A program made the position numbers and the translations under genes. DNA of 63,896 nt, the filler included, from Octopus bimaculoides (lineage: Eukaryota): assembly GCF_001194135.2 (NCBI RefSeq). It is 10 parts of 9 records of this genome, joined end to end, with 100 filler letters (N's around TTAATTAATTAA, not from the genome) between each part and the next. Parts side by side here need not be neighbours in the genome. Positions count along the whole stretch, not along the records: positions 51,449 to 60,177 come from NC_068985.1; positions 60,278 to 62,064 come from NW_026309376.1; positions 62,165 to 63,896 come from NW_026344350.1; 7 more parts are not named here. One strand, written 5' to 3'. Under the pieces are notes generated by a model. It did not search any database and was not told where the DNA came from. It was given only the letters and a program-made list of their open reading frames with translations. How positions within the stretch are numbered: the first letter of the stretch is position 1; each line of letters opens with the position of its first letter. Below, piece after piece: positions 54,178 to 63,896 of the stretch.

Positions 54178-54642
54178 CACAGTGTAACATGATTTTTTTC
54201 CCTTGAGTTACAACTGTTATTTCTTATTTGCTTACCCCTAGAAAATATGAAAAATGACTAATATTTTCTTCAAACTTTGCTTTCCTTACATTTATTCAAA
54301 CCCCCAAAGAACCCCTCTTAACGCATGGCTATGATGCTCCCCCACTACTCCTGCTCGTGATCAGAGATGCACGTATTGTCAGCCACTGAGGGACATGCTC
54401 AAATGGTTGAGGTCAAGCAACTGACAAGGAAATCTGTGATATTGAGCAGAAATTTTGCTATAACGACATTTCTGCTTCCGCAACTCGGTGCTGAGTCTGT
54501 TTGAAATGTAATGGAAAATAGGTCAGTTTCAAAACATTGATGTCCAGGTGACAAAAGCAAAATTTGAAGGGAATAGTAGTCATTTCCTTTGGCTTCCAGA
54601 GATAAAAAAAGAAAAAGAAAAAAAAAATCTTGTTGCACAGTG
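54178..54642. mobile_element. Tc1/mariner-like MITE, copy 1
   Basis: TIRs CACAGTGTAACATGATTTTT and AAAAATCTTGTTGCACAGTG, followed by TA; the body is clearly homologous to 56283-56777. Confidence 0.7.
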
Positions 54643-55807
54643 TAATTAGTCATTGCGCAAAGCTAGATTGCTTGTTGAAAATAATCTAGTTTTATGGTAC
54701 GTTCGCTTTTGTGGGGCGCAAACATTTGTAAAATGCCATTCAGTGAGTGGGGGCACAGAGCTAGACAAGCTTAAAAACCACTATTTTAAATCTACCCGAC
54801 CTACTAAGGTTTTACCCACTATAGCAGTGGTGTAGAGTGAGTTTTCGCTGCCCGGTGCAGTAACCAAATTCGTCACCAACTTCTTTAAATGTAACTTTAC
54901 TTCGACAACAACAAACACATGCGTATACAGTATCCACACTGTGCGGTTTGCACAACCCGCAAATCCCACACCTTACCTCTGAGCTATATTTTTAATAGCA
55001 TAATTTCCATTAAACATAATTAATAAAACCTCCCCACACACACACATAACCAGCATCTCACAATTACACCCTGTTAGTTTCGCACATCTATCAATAGAAT
55101 TACTTTCTCTTAACCCAGTTTTTGGTCCTTATGGTTTATTTTTTACAAATTTGGGTCACCTGTCGTTTGATGTAATTTACTTAAATTATCCTCAGGAAAA
55201 TCAAAGCTTTAAAAATCTAATAATGGTTTCTATTTTAGGCGCAATTTTGAGGGGAGGCGATTATTCTATGCCTTCGACCGTGATACTAGGCTAATAATTT
55301 ATTTTATCTACCCTTAAAAACGAAAGGCAAAGTTGACTTCGGCGTGGTTTGAACTCAGAACATAAAGAACCGGAACAAATACTGCAAGACATTTCTTCCG
55401 ACGATCTAACGCATAACTGCTCTTAGTAACAGAAATTTTAGGCAAATATATTCTTTAGTCTTACACAGTCTTACACAGATATATTTTATTGACGATACTA
55501 TCTTGTATAAGGGGCAATGTTTTGTGTTTATTTCGTTTACTTGCTGTGTCTGGAGGTATGGTCAGTGTTCATGGCCATCGTAGGCTCTCCTGAGCAATTG
55601 AGATTGACACCATTTATGTTCCTCTAGAGACTCTGGCAGTCAACAGCTGCGGGGAAGGGAATGCCAGTCGCTGACATACAGTCCTAACTATTTCTGTCTG
55701 GAGGAAATATTGAGGTGACTTTTAACTGAAACTCAGGCTGGTGTACTGCAACGCACAGAATCACAGGATTTTAAAAACTTCAACCAATGACCTCCACCAG
55801 TATTTTG

Positions 55808-55974
55808 ATTGTCACTTCTTTTCATAATTTTTTAATGAATTGGATTGATACACGCAGCCGTTGTGAAAGTGGTATTACAATCAGTAAGTGTAGAATCTGT
55901 CGGTTGATATTTGCAGACGACATGGTACTACTTAGTTCATCAGAAGATAACCTCCAGCGTGTAGTGAATAAGTT
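55808..55974 (+). mobile_element. RTE-like RT fragment (left arm of an inverted pair)
   Basis: ..MNWIDTRSRCESGITISKCRICRLIFADDMVLLSSSEDNLQRVVNKF (FADD motif). Confidence 0.8.
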
Positions 55975-56114
55975 TGCTGGAATAGAGGGCGGAGAATATG
56001 TATGGATAGCAAAAATTTTCCATTGTATTCGGTAAACTGAGTAGAAATAGGGAAATCATATGTTTGCTCCGGAACAGTAATATCATTTTTACAGCCTACA
56101 GATCAAGGAATACG

Positions 56115-56279
56115 AACCTATTCACTACACGCTGGAGGTTATCTCCTGATGAGCTAAGTAGCACCATGTCGTCTGCAAAAACCAACCGACCGATCCTACA
56201 CTTACCGATTGTAATACCACTTTCACAATGGCTGCATGTGTCAATCCAGTTCATAAAAATTATGAAAAGAAGTGACAAT
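56115..56279 (-). mobile_element. RTE-like RT fragment (right arm of an inverted pair)
   Basis: SLLFIIFMNWIDTCSHCESGITIGKCRIGRLVFADDMVLLSSSGDNLQRVVNRF. Confidence 0.8.
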
Positions 56280-56282
56280 GAG

Positions 56283-56777
56283 CACTGTGTAACGCAATTT
56301 TTATCCTTGGATAACAACTGTTATTTCCTATTTGCTTAACCCTAGAAAATATGAAAAATGGCTATTTCCTTCAAACTTTGCTTTTCTTACATTTATTCAA
56401 ACCCCAAAGAATCCCTCTCAACATATAGCTATGATGCTCCCCAACTACTTTTGCTCATGATCATAGATGCACATATTGTCAGCCACTAAGGGACATGTTC
56501 AAGTGGTTAAGATCAAGCAATTGACAAGGAAATTTGTGACATTGTGCAGAATATTTGCTATAACGACATTTCTGCTTCCGTAACTCAGCGACGAATCTGT
56601 TTAAAATTTAATGGAAAATAGGTCAGTTTCAAAACATTGATGTCCAGATGACAAAAACAAAGCTTGAAGGGAATAGTAGTCATTTCCTTTGAATTCGAGA
56701 CAGAAGCAAATAGGAAATAACACTTACTGACCAAAATAAAATTAAGACAAAGATGAAATTAAAACTTTGTTACAGTG
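56283..56777. mobile_element. Tc1/mariner-like MITE, copy 2 (same orientation as copy 1)
   Basis: TIRs CACTGTGTAACGCAATTTT and AAAACTTTGTTACAGTG, followed by TA. Confidence 0.7.
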
Positions 56778-57682
56778 TAGTTCATTTTAAGTTTTTTGTG
56801 GGGGTTTTTTCCAGAATCTTTGCGCAAGCAATTACAACAGGAGAAAATGCAATTTTATGGGTTAAAGTTTTGAAATATCTTTTACATTACAAAAGATGTC
56901 ATTGAAAATATTCATGAATCAAGGAAAATGACATCAGGCAACATGAGAGTTGTTTGAAAACGTATTTTACCGCTCTGTGCTTTTTTATATGCGCTACATT
57001 AAAGGCATAATATTTCGTTTCTAATTTTTAAAATCTATACTATACTAAATTTATGCCGTAGTCTCCTTTAGAGAGACTTAGAAATATTAATATCTCTATT
57101 TCTGAAAACCAGTGGATGTATTCCACTGAATTTAGGTAAATAATCCTTCGTACAGACGGTCAGTAGCGACGCCTGCTGGGTTCGGCTGCTCTACATTGAT
57201 AAGGAGCAATACCCCGAAATTAGTCTGTAGATGCCAGACCAGCAAGGGGAAGCGGCTGACCTCCTCTGTTCGAAGGTTATAATGGACATAGGTTCGTGTG
57301 TCACATAGAGGCGATGGCCTCTTGGAGCTAATCAACGGCAGCATTCGTCCTATTTTTTGGACTGCCATGTTGGCTTGGCGATAACTATTAATAAAATCTA
57401 TACTGTTGAACGATTATTTAAAAAGTAGTTGAACGGTGCATGCCAATCAGTTAAGTGACCTCTCCTTTGGGTGCGATGTCAGATTTTTGTGTATGTAGCC
57501 GCAGTACCGTCCAAGTTCTGTAAGCAACACTCCATTGTGGGTTTCCTTTGAACTTAATAGAATGTTAGTATTTGATGAGGGATGAAGTATGTTCAGGCCC
57601 TGGAGAAGAAGATCAGTCTTTACCGATCTATCAACAGTTACCTTGTAGATGTAGGTTGAGTCTGCCTACTACTGGTTAACAT

Positions 57683-57937
57683 TTTTTTTGCGCCCTTTTT
57701 AAAGCCTAGCCAGGCTCATGGGCCCGGTTTCCCGGTTTCAATGTCGTATGTGTTCCCCAGCTGGACGGGACGCCTGTCCATCGCAGCGTTAATCATTTTT
57801 GCCATCTGAGTGGACTGGAGCAACGTGAAATGAAGTGTTTTGCTCAAGAACACAACGCGTCAGCAGGTCCAGGAATCGAAACCACAATCTTACGATCATG
57901 ATGCTGACACCCTAACCACTCAGCCACGCGCCTCCAC
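57683..57937 (-). mobile_element. SINE family B3: B2 head and CORE-like part with a different 3' half and poly(A)
   Basis: 12-bp TSD ACTGGTTAACAT (57671-82 and 57938-49); the 3' half contains GCGATGGACAGGCGTCCCGTCCAG. Confidence 0.85.
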
Positions 57938-58179
57938 ACTGGTTAACATAGTCAGCTGATAATATTTAGCTGAATAACTGATCATTTCGTTAACTTGGTG
58001 TATTGATTTCATACCCTACCAATTCACCAAAAATATACAACACCATCATCACCCTCAACGAACACCACTACCAACATCATCATTCCCACAATCATCATCC
58101 GTAACAAAAAGCTGAAAGCTATTACCAAGAAAGGGGTAACCTTTCTTGATCGCTTGATCCATTACTTGTAAAAAAGGAA

Positions 58180-58490
58180 CTGGCCCTCCGTTGGTTATGA
58201 CGACGAGGATCCCAGTTGATCCGATCAACAGAACAGCCTGATCGTGAAATTAACGTGCATGTGGATGAGCACTCCACAGAAACGTGTACCCTTAATGTAG
58301 TTCCCAGGGAGACAGAATATGACAAGTCTAGCTCCTTTGAATTATAGGTACTCCTCATTTTTGCCAGCTGAGGAGACTGGAGGAACGTGAAATAAAGTAT
58401 CTCGCTCAAGGACACCGAGTCGCCGGGAATTGAACTCACGACCTTGCAATCGTAAGCCGAATACCTTAACCACTAAGCCACGCGCGTCCT
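58180..58490 (-). mobile_element. SINE family B2, older copy
   Basis: Homologous to 26333-26662. A tail-only copy lies at 34633-34775(+) and a head at ~65-175(+). Confidence 0.8.
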
Positions 58491-60277
58491 TATAACTGCC
58501 TTAATCACTCCGTGTTGTCTTTAAAACAAAAAACTGATGGGATTGTAAAGGGGTGAAACAGCGTTGATTGTAATCGTTTAAGATCAGAGCAGACTCGGGA
58601 CAAAACGACAAAGAAGACCATCACAACAAATTCTATAAAAAGGATTACAACGTAACCACCACAACCACGTCTACCACAACTATTAATAGATAACCGTCAC
58701 CATCGCTACTGACCATCATCGAGACCAGCACAAGCGCTGTCATCGCCACCACCACCCTGATCGTCGTCGTCATCATCATCATCATCATCATCCCTTCGTC
58801 ATCGTCGTCGTCGTACTGAGTCGCCGCAATCATTGTCGTCATCGTCGTCATCCTCATCGTCATCATTACCATCATCATCGTCATCATCATTACCATCATC
58901 ATAGTTATCATCGTNNNNNNNNNNNNNNNNNNNNNNNNNNNNNNNNNNNNNNNNNNNNNNNNNNNNNNNNNNNNNNNNNNNNNNNNNNNNNNNNNNNNNN
59001 NNNNNNNNNNNNNNNNNNNNNNNNNNNNNNNNNNNNNNNNNNNNNNNNNNNNNNNNNNNNNNNNNNNNNNNNNNNNNNNNNNNNNNNNNNNNNNNNNNNN
59101 NNNNNNNNNNNNNNNNNNNNNNNNNNNNNNNNNNNNNNNNNNNNNNNNNNNNNNNNNNNNNNNNNNNNNNNNNNNNNNNNNNNNNNNNNNNNNNNNNNNN
59201 NNNNNNNNNNNNNNNNNNNNNNNNNNNNNNNNNNNNNNNNNNNNNNNNNNNNNNNNNNNNNNNNNNNNNNNNNNNNNNNNNNNNNNNNNNNNNNNNNNNN
59301 NNNNNNNNNNNNNNNNNNNNNNNNNNNNNNNNNNNNNNNNNNNNNNNNNNNNNNNNNNNNNNNNNNNNNNNNNNNNNNNNNNNNNNNNNNNNNNNNNNNN
59401 NNNNNNNNNNNNNNNNNNNNNNNNNNNNNNNNNNNNNNNNNNNNNNNNNNNNNNNNNNNNNNNNNNNNNNNNNNNNNNNNNNNNNNNNNNNNNNNNNNNN
59501 NNNNNNNNNNNNNNNNNNNNNNNNNNNNNNNNNNNNNNNNNNNNNNNNNNNNNNNNNNNNNNNNNNNNNNNNNNNNNNNNNNNNNNNNNNNNNNNNNNNN
59601 NNNNNNNNNNNNNNNNNNNNNNNNNNNNNNNNNNNNNNNNNNNNNNNNNNNNNNNNNNNNNNNNNNNNNNNNCCACTGGAATACTATTTGCTAAAATCAG
59701 CATCCAACCCACCGCCGCCACCAGCACCAATACCGTCACCCTTGCCGCCATCTTCACACGCCTTTACTAACTTGACAACCACCGGCATCGCCACCATCAC
59801 CTCTACCACTACAATCACTATAATCACTACCACGACCAGCGCGGCCATCACCATCACCACCACCATTTCCACCAACACACTGGAACTACCACTGCTGCCG
59901 TCGCCACCACTATCGGCACCACTACCATCACAGCCACCACCATTCCTATCATAACTACCACCACCACCACCATCAGCACTATCACTACAACTATCCCCAT
60001 CACCGCAACCATCACCACTATCATCACCACTATCACCACAACCATTATCACCACTAACACCACAAACACACACCATCAGAACCACCACTGCCATCTCCAT
60101 CACCACCGCCACCACCACCACCACCGGTAACATCGTCACTTATCTTCACCATTGACATCAACACCACCACCATGAATNNNNNNNNNNNNNNNNNNNNNNN
60201 NNNNNNNNNNNNNNNNNNNNNTTAATTAATTAANNNNNNNNNNNNNNNNNNNNNNNNNNNNNNNNNNNNNNNNNNNN

Positions 60278-60817
60278 TCGTCTAAATTACGCAAAAATGA
60301 AAATAACACTGACATCTCATTTTAAGACGTATTTACCAAAATTACATAAAAAATATCTTGAGATACTAAAAATCACCATTGACTTCAGCCACAGCCTCCA
60401 GACGACTTCGGAATCTCTTGCAACTCTTGTGGATAGGCCCCTGTTTAAGTTGGTGAGTGCTGCCATAATCCTTGCCTTCGGGTCATCTTTGGTGTTACAA
60501 GTTTTCTTGGTCTCTCGCTCAACTGCGACTCACAAATAATAATCAGGTGAGGTACAGTCTGGGGAGTTAGGTGGTCAGATGTTAGGGATGATGTGGTCGC
60601 AGAAATTGCCTGACAACCATGACAGGGTTCTCCTGCGTGTGTGGTATGGTGCAGGGTCCTGTTGCCAGACCGGACCTTCTAGCAGCCACCCTCTTGACCC
60701 AAGCAGCACTACCTCCTCCAGGCATTTGATGTAGGTCTCCATGTTGTGTCTGAGGCCGTGTGGGGAGATAAATGGAGGCATAACGTTGCCATCACTAGTG
60801 ATCATTCCAAACACCAT
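60278..60817 (-). mobile_element. Tc1/mariner DD37D (maT-type) transposase 3' remnant
   Basis: MVFGMITSDGNVMPPF...WQQD-(37 aa)-DYYL*...RFRSRLEAVAEVNGDF; spacing counted by hand; stops and a frameshift. Confidence 0.85.
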
Positions 60818-61547
60818 GTTTTAGGGACAAGGTAAGCCAACGTTTGTTCTGTGTTCACCGTCTGTTCGTATCGGAGCTTCCGGCGCGAATACCAAGCAGT
60901 ACAGCATGTCGTTTCCAAATTTCATATATACATATATATATGAATCTTTCGCAAAGAAAAGTCTGGCAGTAATTTTGAACTTTCAGCTTACTCACTTTCT
61001 TAAGTCTGTCTGATGACGAAGTGCAGGCCAAAACTTCAAAGTCGCTATCAACCTCTCCCTAAAAAGTATCGAGTAATCTTTCAGTTTCATGTTAAATTGT
61101 TTTCATGTATGACTTGACATATGAACAAACATTAAAATGTGCGTGTGCGCGTGTGTGTCAGTATGTGTGTTTGACGGTTAAATTAAATTCATATGTGTGC
61201 GTGTGTGTATGTATATGTTTGTGTATGTATGTATGTTTTTACATGCTTTGTGTTGTACATTGCGCATTCTTCAATTTCCGTTCCACTCCTAACATAGACG
61301 TCATATCTCAAAGATATTACAGGTCTTTTGTAATAAATAGTTTGTCCTATGTGCCTTCCTGTCTGTATATACATCCATCCATCCATACATACATACATAC
61401 ATACATACATGCATACATACATACATGCATGCATGCATGCATACATACATACATACATACATACATACGTACATGCGTACATATATATATATATATTCAT
61501 ATATATATATACACATACAGACACACACATAGATATATTATTATTTA

Positions 61548-61750
61548 TTATTACCTCCGCCTTAGCAAAGGCGGAAGTATTGTTTTCAGTCGTATTTGTT
61601 TGTTTGTTTGCTTGTCCGTGGAAGAGATATCTCAAGAACCGCTGGATGGATTCGGATTAAACTTTCAGGAATGTTTGACCTCGTAACTGGCACGAACTGA
61701 TTAGATTTGGGGATCAATCCGGTACCGGACAAGGATTCTGGATTATTTGT
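61548..61750 (+). mobile_element. Helentron/HINE-type element, partial
   Basis: TTATTACCTCCGCC-TTAGCAAA-GGCGGAAG hairpin, (TTTG)n, body shared with 39038-39407. Confidence 0.6.
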
Positions 61751-62505
61751 TATATTTATTTTACAGGATTACGATCTTACGCTAACTTTCAAGTCTTTCT
61801 CAGTTATCCCCTTTTCGGCTGTTTCCAAAGTTTTATTTTCGTTTCTTTATTATTAATTTTATTCGCGTCTCTATCTTAGTAGAAATTGATGGATATAGAA
61901 ATCAAACTACATAAACAAACGGCAGCAAAACCGTTCAAAAATTAAATAACACTAACATTTTTTATGATATATATATTATATATTATACATACATATTAAC
62001 ACTTAACAATATACTTATATATATACTAGCAGAAATACCTGGCGTTGCCCGGGTTAAAGAGAATNNNNNNNNNNNNNNNNNNNNNNNNNNNNNNNNNNNN
62101 NNNNNNNNTTAATTAATTAANNNNNNNNNNNNNNNNNNNNNNNNNNNNNNNNNNNNNNNNNNNNTGTGTCGACCGTGTGACGCGTTAAAAAGGAGCCTGT
62201 TTTCCATTCGTCACTATTTCTCCTTTGGTTCGCACGGTCGTTCTTACATATATATTCAAATCTTATTTTAATAATAACAGAGGGTAAAATCAATAATGAT
62301 GTTACCAGGTAGCCAGTGTGGAAATAAAAATCTTTTAGGTAAATTTTTCAAATTATTTCATAATTATATACATAATTATAACAAGGGGTCAGCCTCACCA
62401 TGCACTGCTAGAAACAGACACTTTTTTACTCCCTTAAAATCTCCGAGAATAACACACTTATTGTAGGCAAGGAAAAGAAAAATAATGATTTAAACTTAGT
62501 TAATT

Positions 62506-62559
62506 GTGGACGCGTTTCAAACTTAAATTAAAAATAATTTTACTGTTACTCTTCAGCAC
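62506..62559 (-). ncRNA. Minimal type-I hammerhead-like motif
   Basis: The minus strand reads GTG-CTGAAGA-(31 nt AT-rich, weak stem II)-GAA-ACGCGT-C-CAC: canonical core, palindromic stem III, GUC cleavage triplet, 3-bp stem I. Confidence 0.5.
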
Positions 62560-62745
62560 GGTACTCTGTTATATATATATATATATTAGTTTATGTATAT
62601 ATTAATATTATCTCAGTTTTAAAAAAACCTTGACAATGTAAATATGTTAATAGTTACCACGGGTAGCAAAAATCACACAAAAACCAGGATATCACACCTG
62701 TTTTATAGGTAGAGATACCAAGTTAAAGCAATGCATTTTGAGTAG

Positions 62746-62840
62746 ATATGAATAATAACAATAAATGGAGCAAAATGCATATAAAGAAAAGGAACTTTTA
62801 TTTATATGCGCTTTGCTCCATTTATTGTTATTATTCATAT
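62746..62840. repeat. 95-bp palindrome (46-bp stem, GAA loop)
   Basis: Pairs are symmetric about 62793, with 3 non-WC positions (one G.T). Confidence 0.95.
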
Positions 62841-62933
62841 ATGGCGTTTTCAAACTTCTTTTTTATAAATATATACCCACTCGTATGCCACCTAGACTTT
62901 TTATCAATATCATATCACGTACGAGATCCGAAA

Positions 62934-63896
62934 ATGCCAACTAAAACAGACACCAGCATCATATCTATAAATGAAGAGATACTAAAAGAACTGAAGAACA
63001 TAAACTCAAACCTAATAACAGTCTTAAACAAACTTAACTCAACACCCCATCCTTCTATACAAAATAATGAAGAAACCGGAACGAAGAAAACACCCTCTGA
63101 AATGTACGAGAACCTTGGAAATCTATGCGATACAATGAAGACATTCTTTACAAACTTTACAAAACAAGGACAACAAAACGAAAGAACACATGGGAGGAAC
63201 GCAATAACATCAACATTACAAACAAGAAACCAAGTCTTACCACAATGGAGAAAACTACTGCAAAACAGAAAATTCGCATTTTGGAAAATGATACAAAATC
63301 AGAATAAAGCAGAGACTTACCAAAAGTGGCTAAACTCGACACCCCTAATCATACCCCGCAAATTACAAATAAAACCCATCNNNNNNNNNNCTAAGACAAA
63401 TGAAGAAAAAGTAAAAACCATAGATGAAGAAATCAATGAAGACGTCAACAAACTAACAGACGGCATCGATACTGAAACATTACTTAAACTATGGAAAGAA
63501 GAATGTGAAAAAGAGGAACTAAAGTCCCTCCAACGATGGGAAAAGAGCACCAACTGGTTCTTGGATTATGAAACCAACTTCAAAACTGAACACATGTCCA
63601 ACAACCCTTTCATAAAATTAAGAAAAACAAAACCACATATCAACACAATGGAACAACCACCAAGAAATCGAAATACACTCCCTACCAGAGAAAGACATTT
63701 AAAACGCACTCCACACTACCTTAACCAACCCCAAAACACCCACAGGGACCCACCACGCCATTTCAAGAACCACAGGCATGCAACACACAATTCTATGAAC
63801 TACAATCTACATAACCCAACTAAGACTCAACTACCGAACCTCTACTCTAGGAACCAACCATACAAACTCAACAAACAACAAACACACTACAGGAGA
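62934..63896 (+). CDS. Long uninterrupted ORF of unknown function, probably transposon-encoded (Penelope-like N-terminal region or ORF1); runs off the window end
   Basis: Hand translation gives no stop in 321 codons: MPTKTDTSIISINEEILKELKNIN...QWRKLLQNRKFAFWKMIQNQNKAETYQKWLNSTPLIIPRKLQIKPI-[10 N]-KTNEEKVKTIDEEINEDVNKL...LLKLWKEECEKEELKSLQRWEKSTNWF... The frame is also open upstream to 62742 (ATGs at 62748, 62775, 62841). Strong A/C-rich strand bias. Absent from the ORF track, probably because it has no stop codon. Confidence 0.7.
   Translation, partial: MPTKTDTSIISINEEILKELKNINSNLITVLNKLNSTPHPSIQNNEETGTKKTPSEMYENLGNLCDTMKTFFTNFTKQGQQNERTHGRNAITSTLQTRNQVLPQWRKLLQNRKFAFWKMIQNQNKAETYQKWLNSTPLIIPRKLQIKPIXXXXKTNEEKVKTIDEEINEDVNKLTDGIDTETLLKLWKEECEKEELKSLQRWEKSTNWFLDYETNFKTEHMSNNPFIKLRKTKPHINTMEQPPRNRNTLPTRERHLKRTPHYLNQPQNTHRDPPRHFKNHRHATHNSMNYNLHNPTKTQLPNLYSRNQPYKLNKQQTHYRR

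Overview
AT-rich, microsatellite- and SINE-dense animal genomic DNA from a gappy assembly. The repeat families look cephalopod, probably Octopus (inference). Nine artificial 100-bp spacers (44N-TTAATTAATTAA-44N) join contigs, so long-range adjacency is not guaranteed. The only recognisable host gene is three consecutive internal exons of a CLC-7-like Cl-/H+ exchanger on the + strand (6680-6776, 7858-8027, 9256-9432; 148 aa when spliced). The rest is mostly tRNA-derived SINEs of several modular families, decayed LINEs (Tx1/L1, RTE, Hero-like, R4/Dong-like), DNA-transposon relics (hAT-Charlie with a perfect TSD, mariner, DD37D maT, piggyBac-like and Tc1-like MITEs, Helentron-type) and simple repeats. 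Nearly all ORFs in the supplied track are microsatellite or N artefacts. The track misses the one long intact reading frame (62934 to the window end, at least 321 codons). Highlights: (i) several minimal type-I hammerhead-ribozyme-like motifs, one in sense orientation 98 nt before a CLCN7 exon and one with a compensatory U3:A8 core; (ii) a hammerhead + 95-bp palindrome + long ORF cassette at the right end, suggesting the 5' end of a Penelope-like element; (iii) several long inverted repeats that could form dsRNA.
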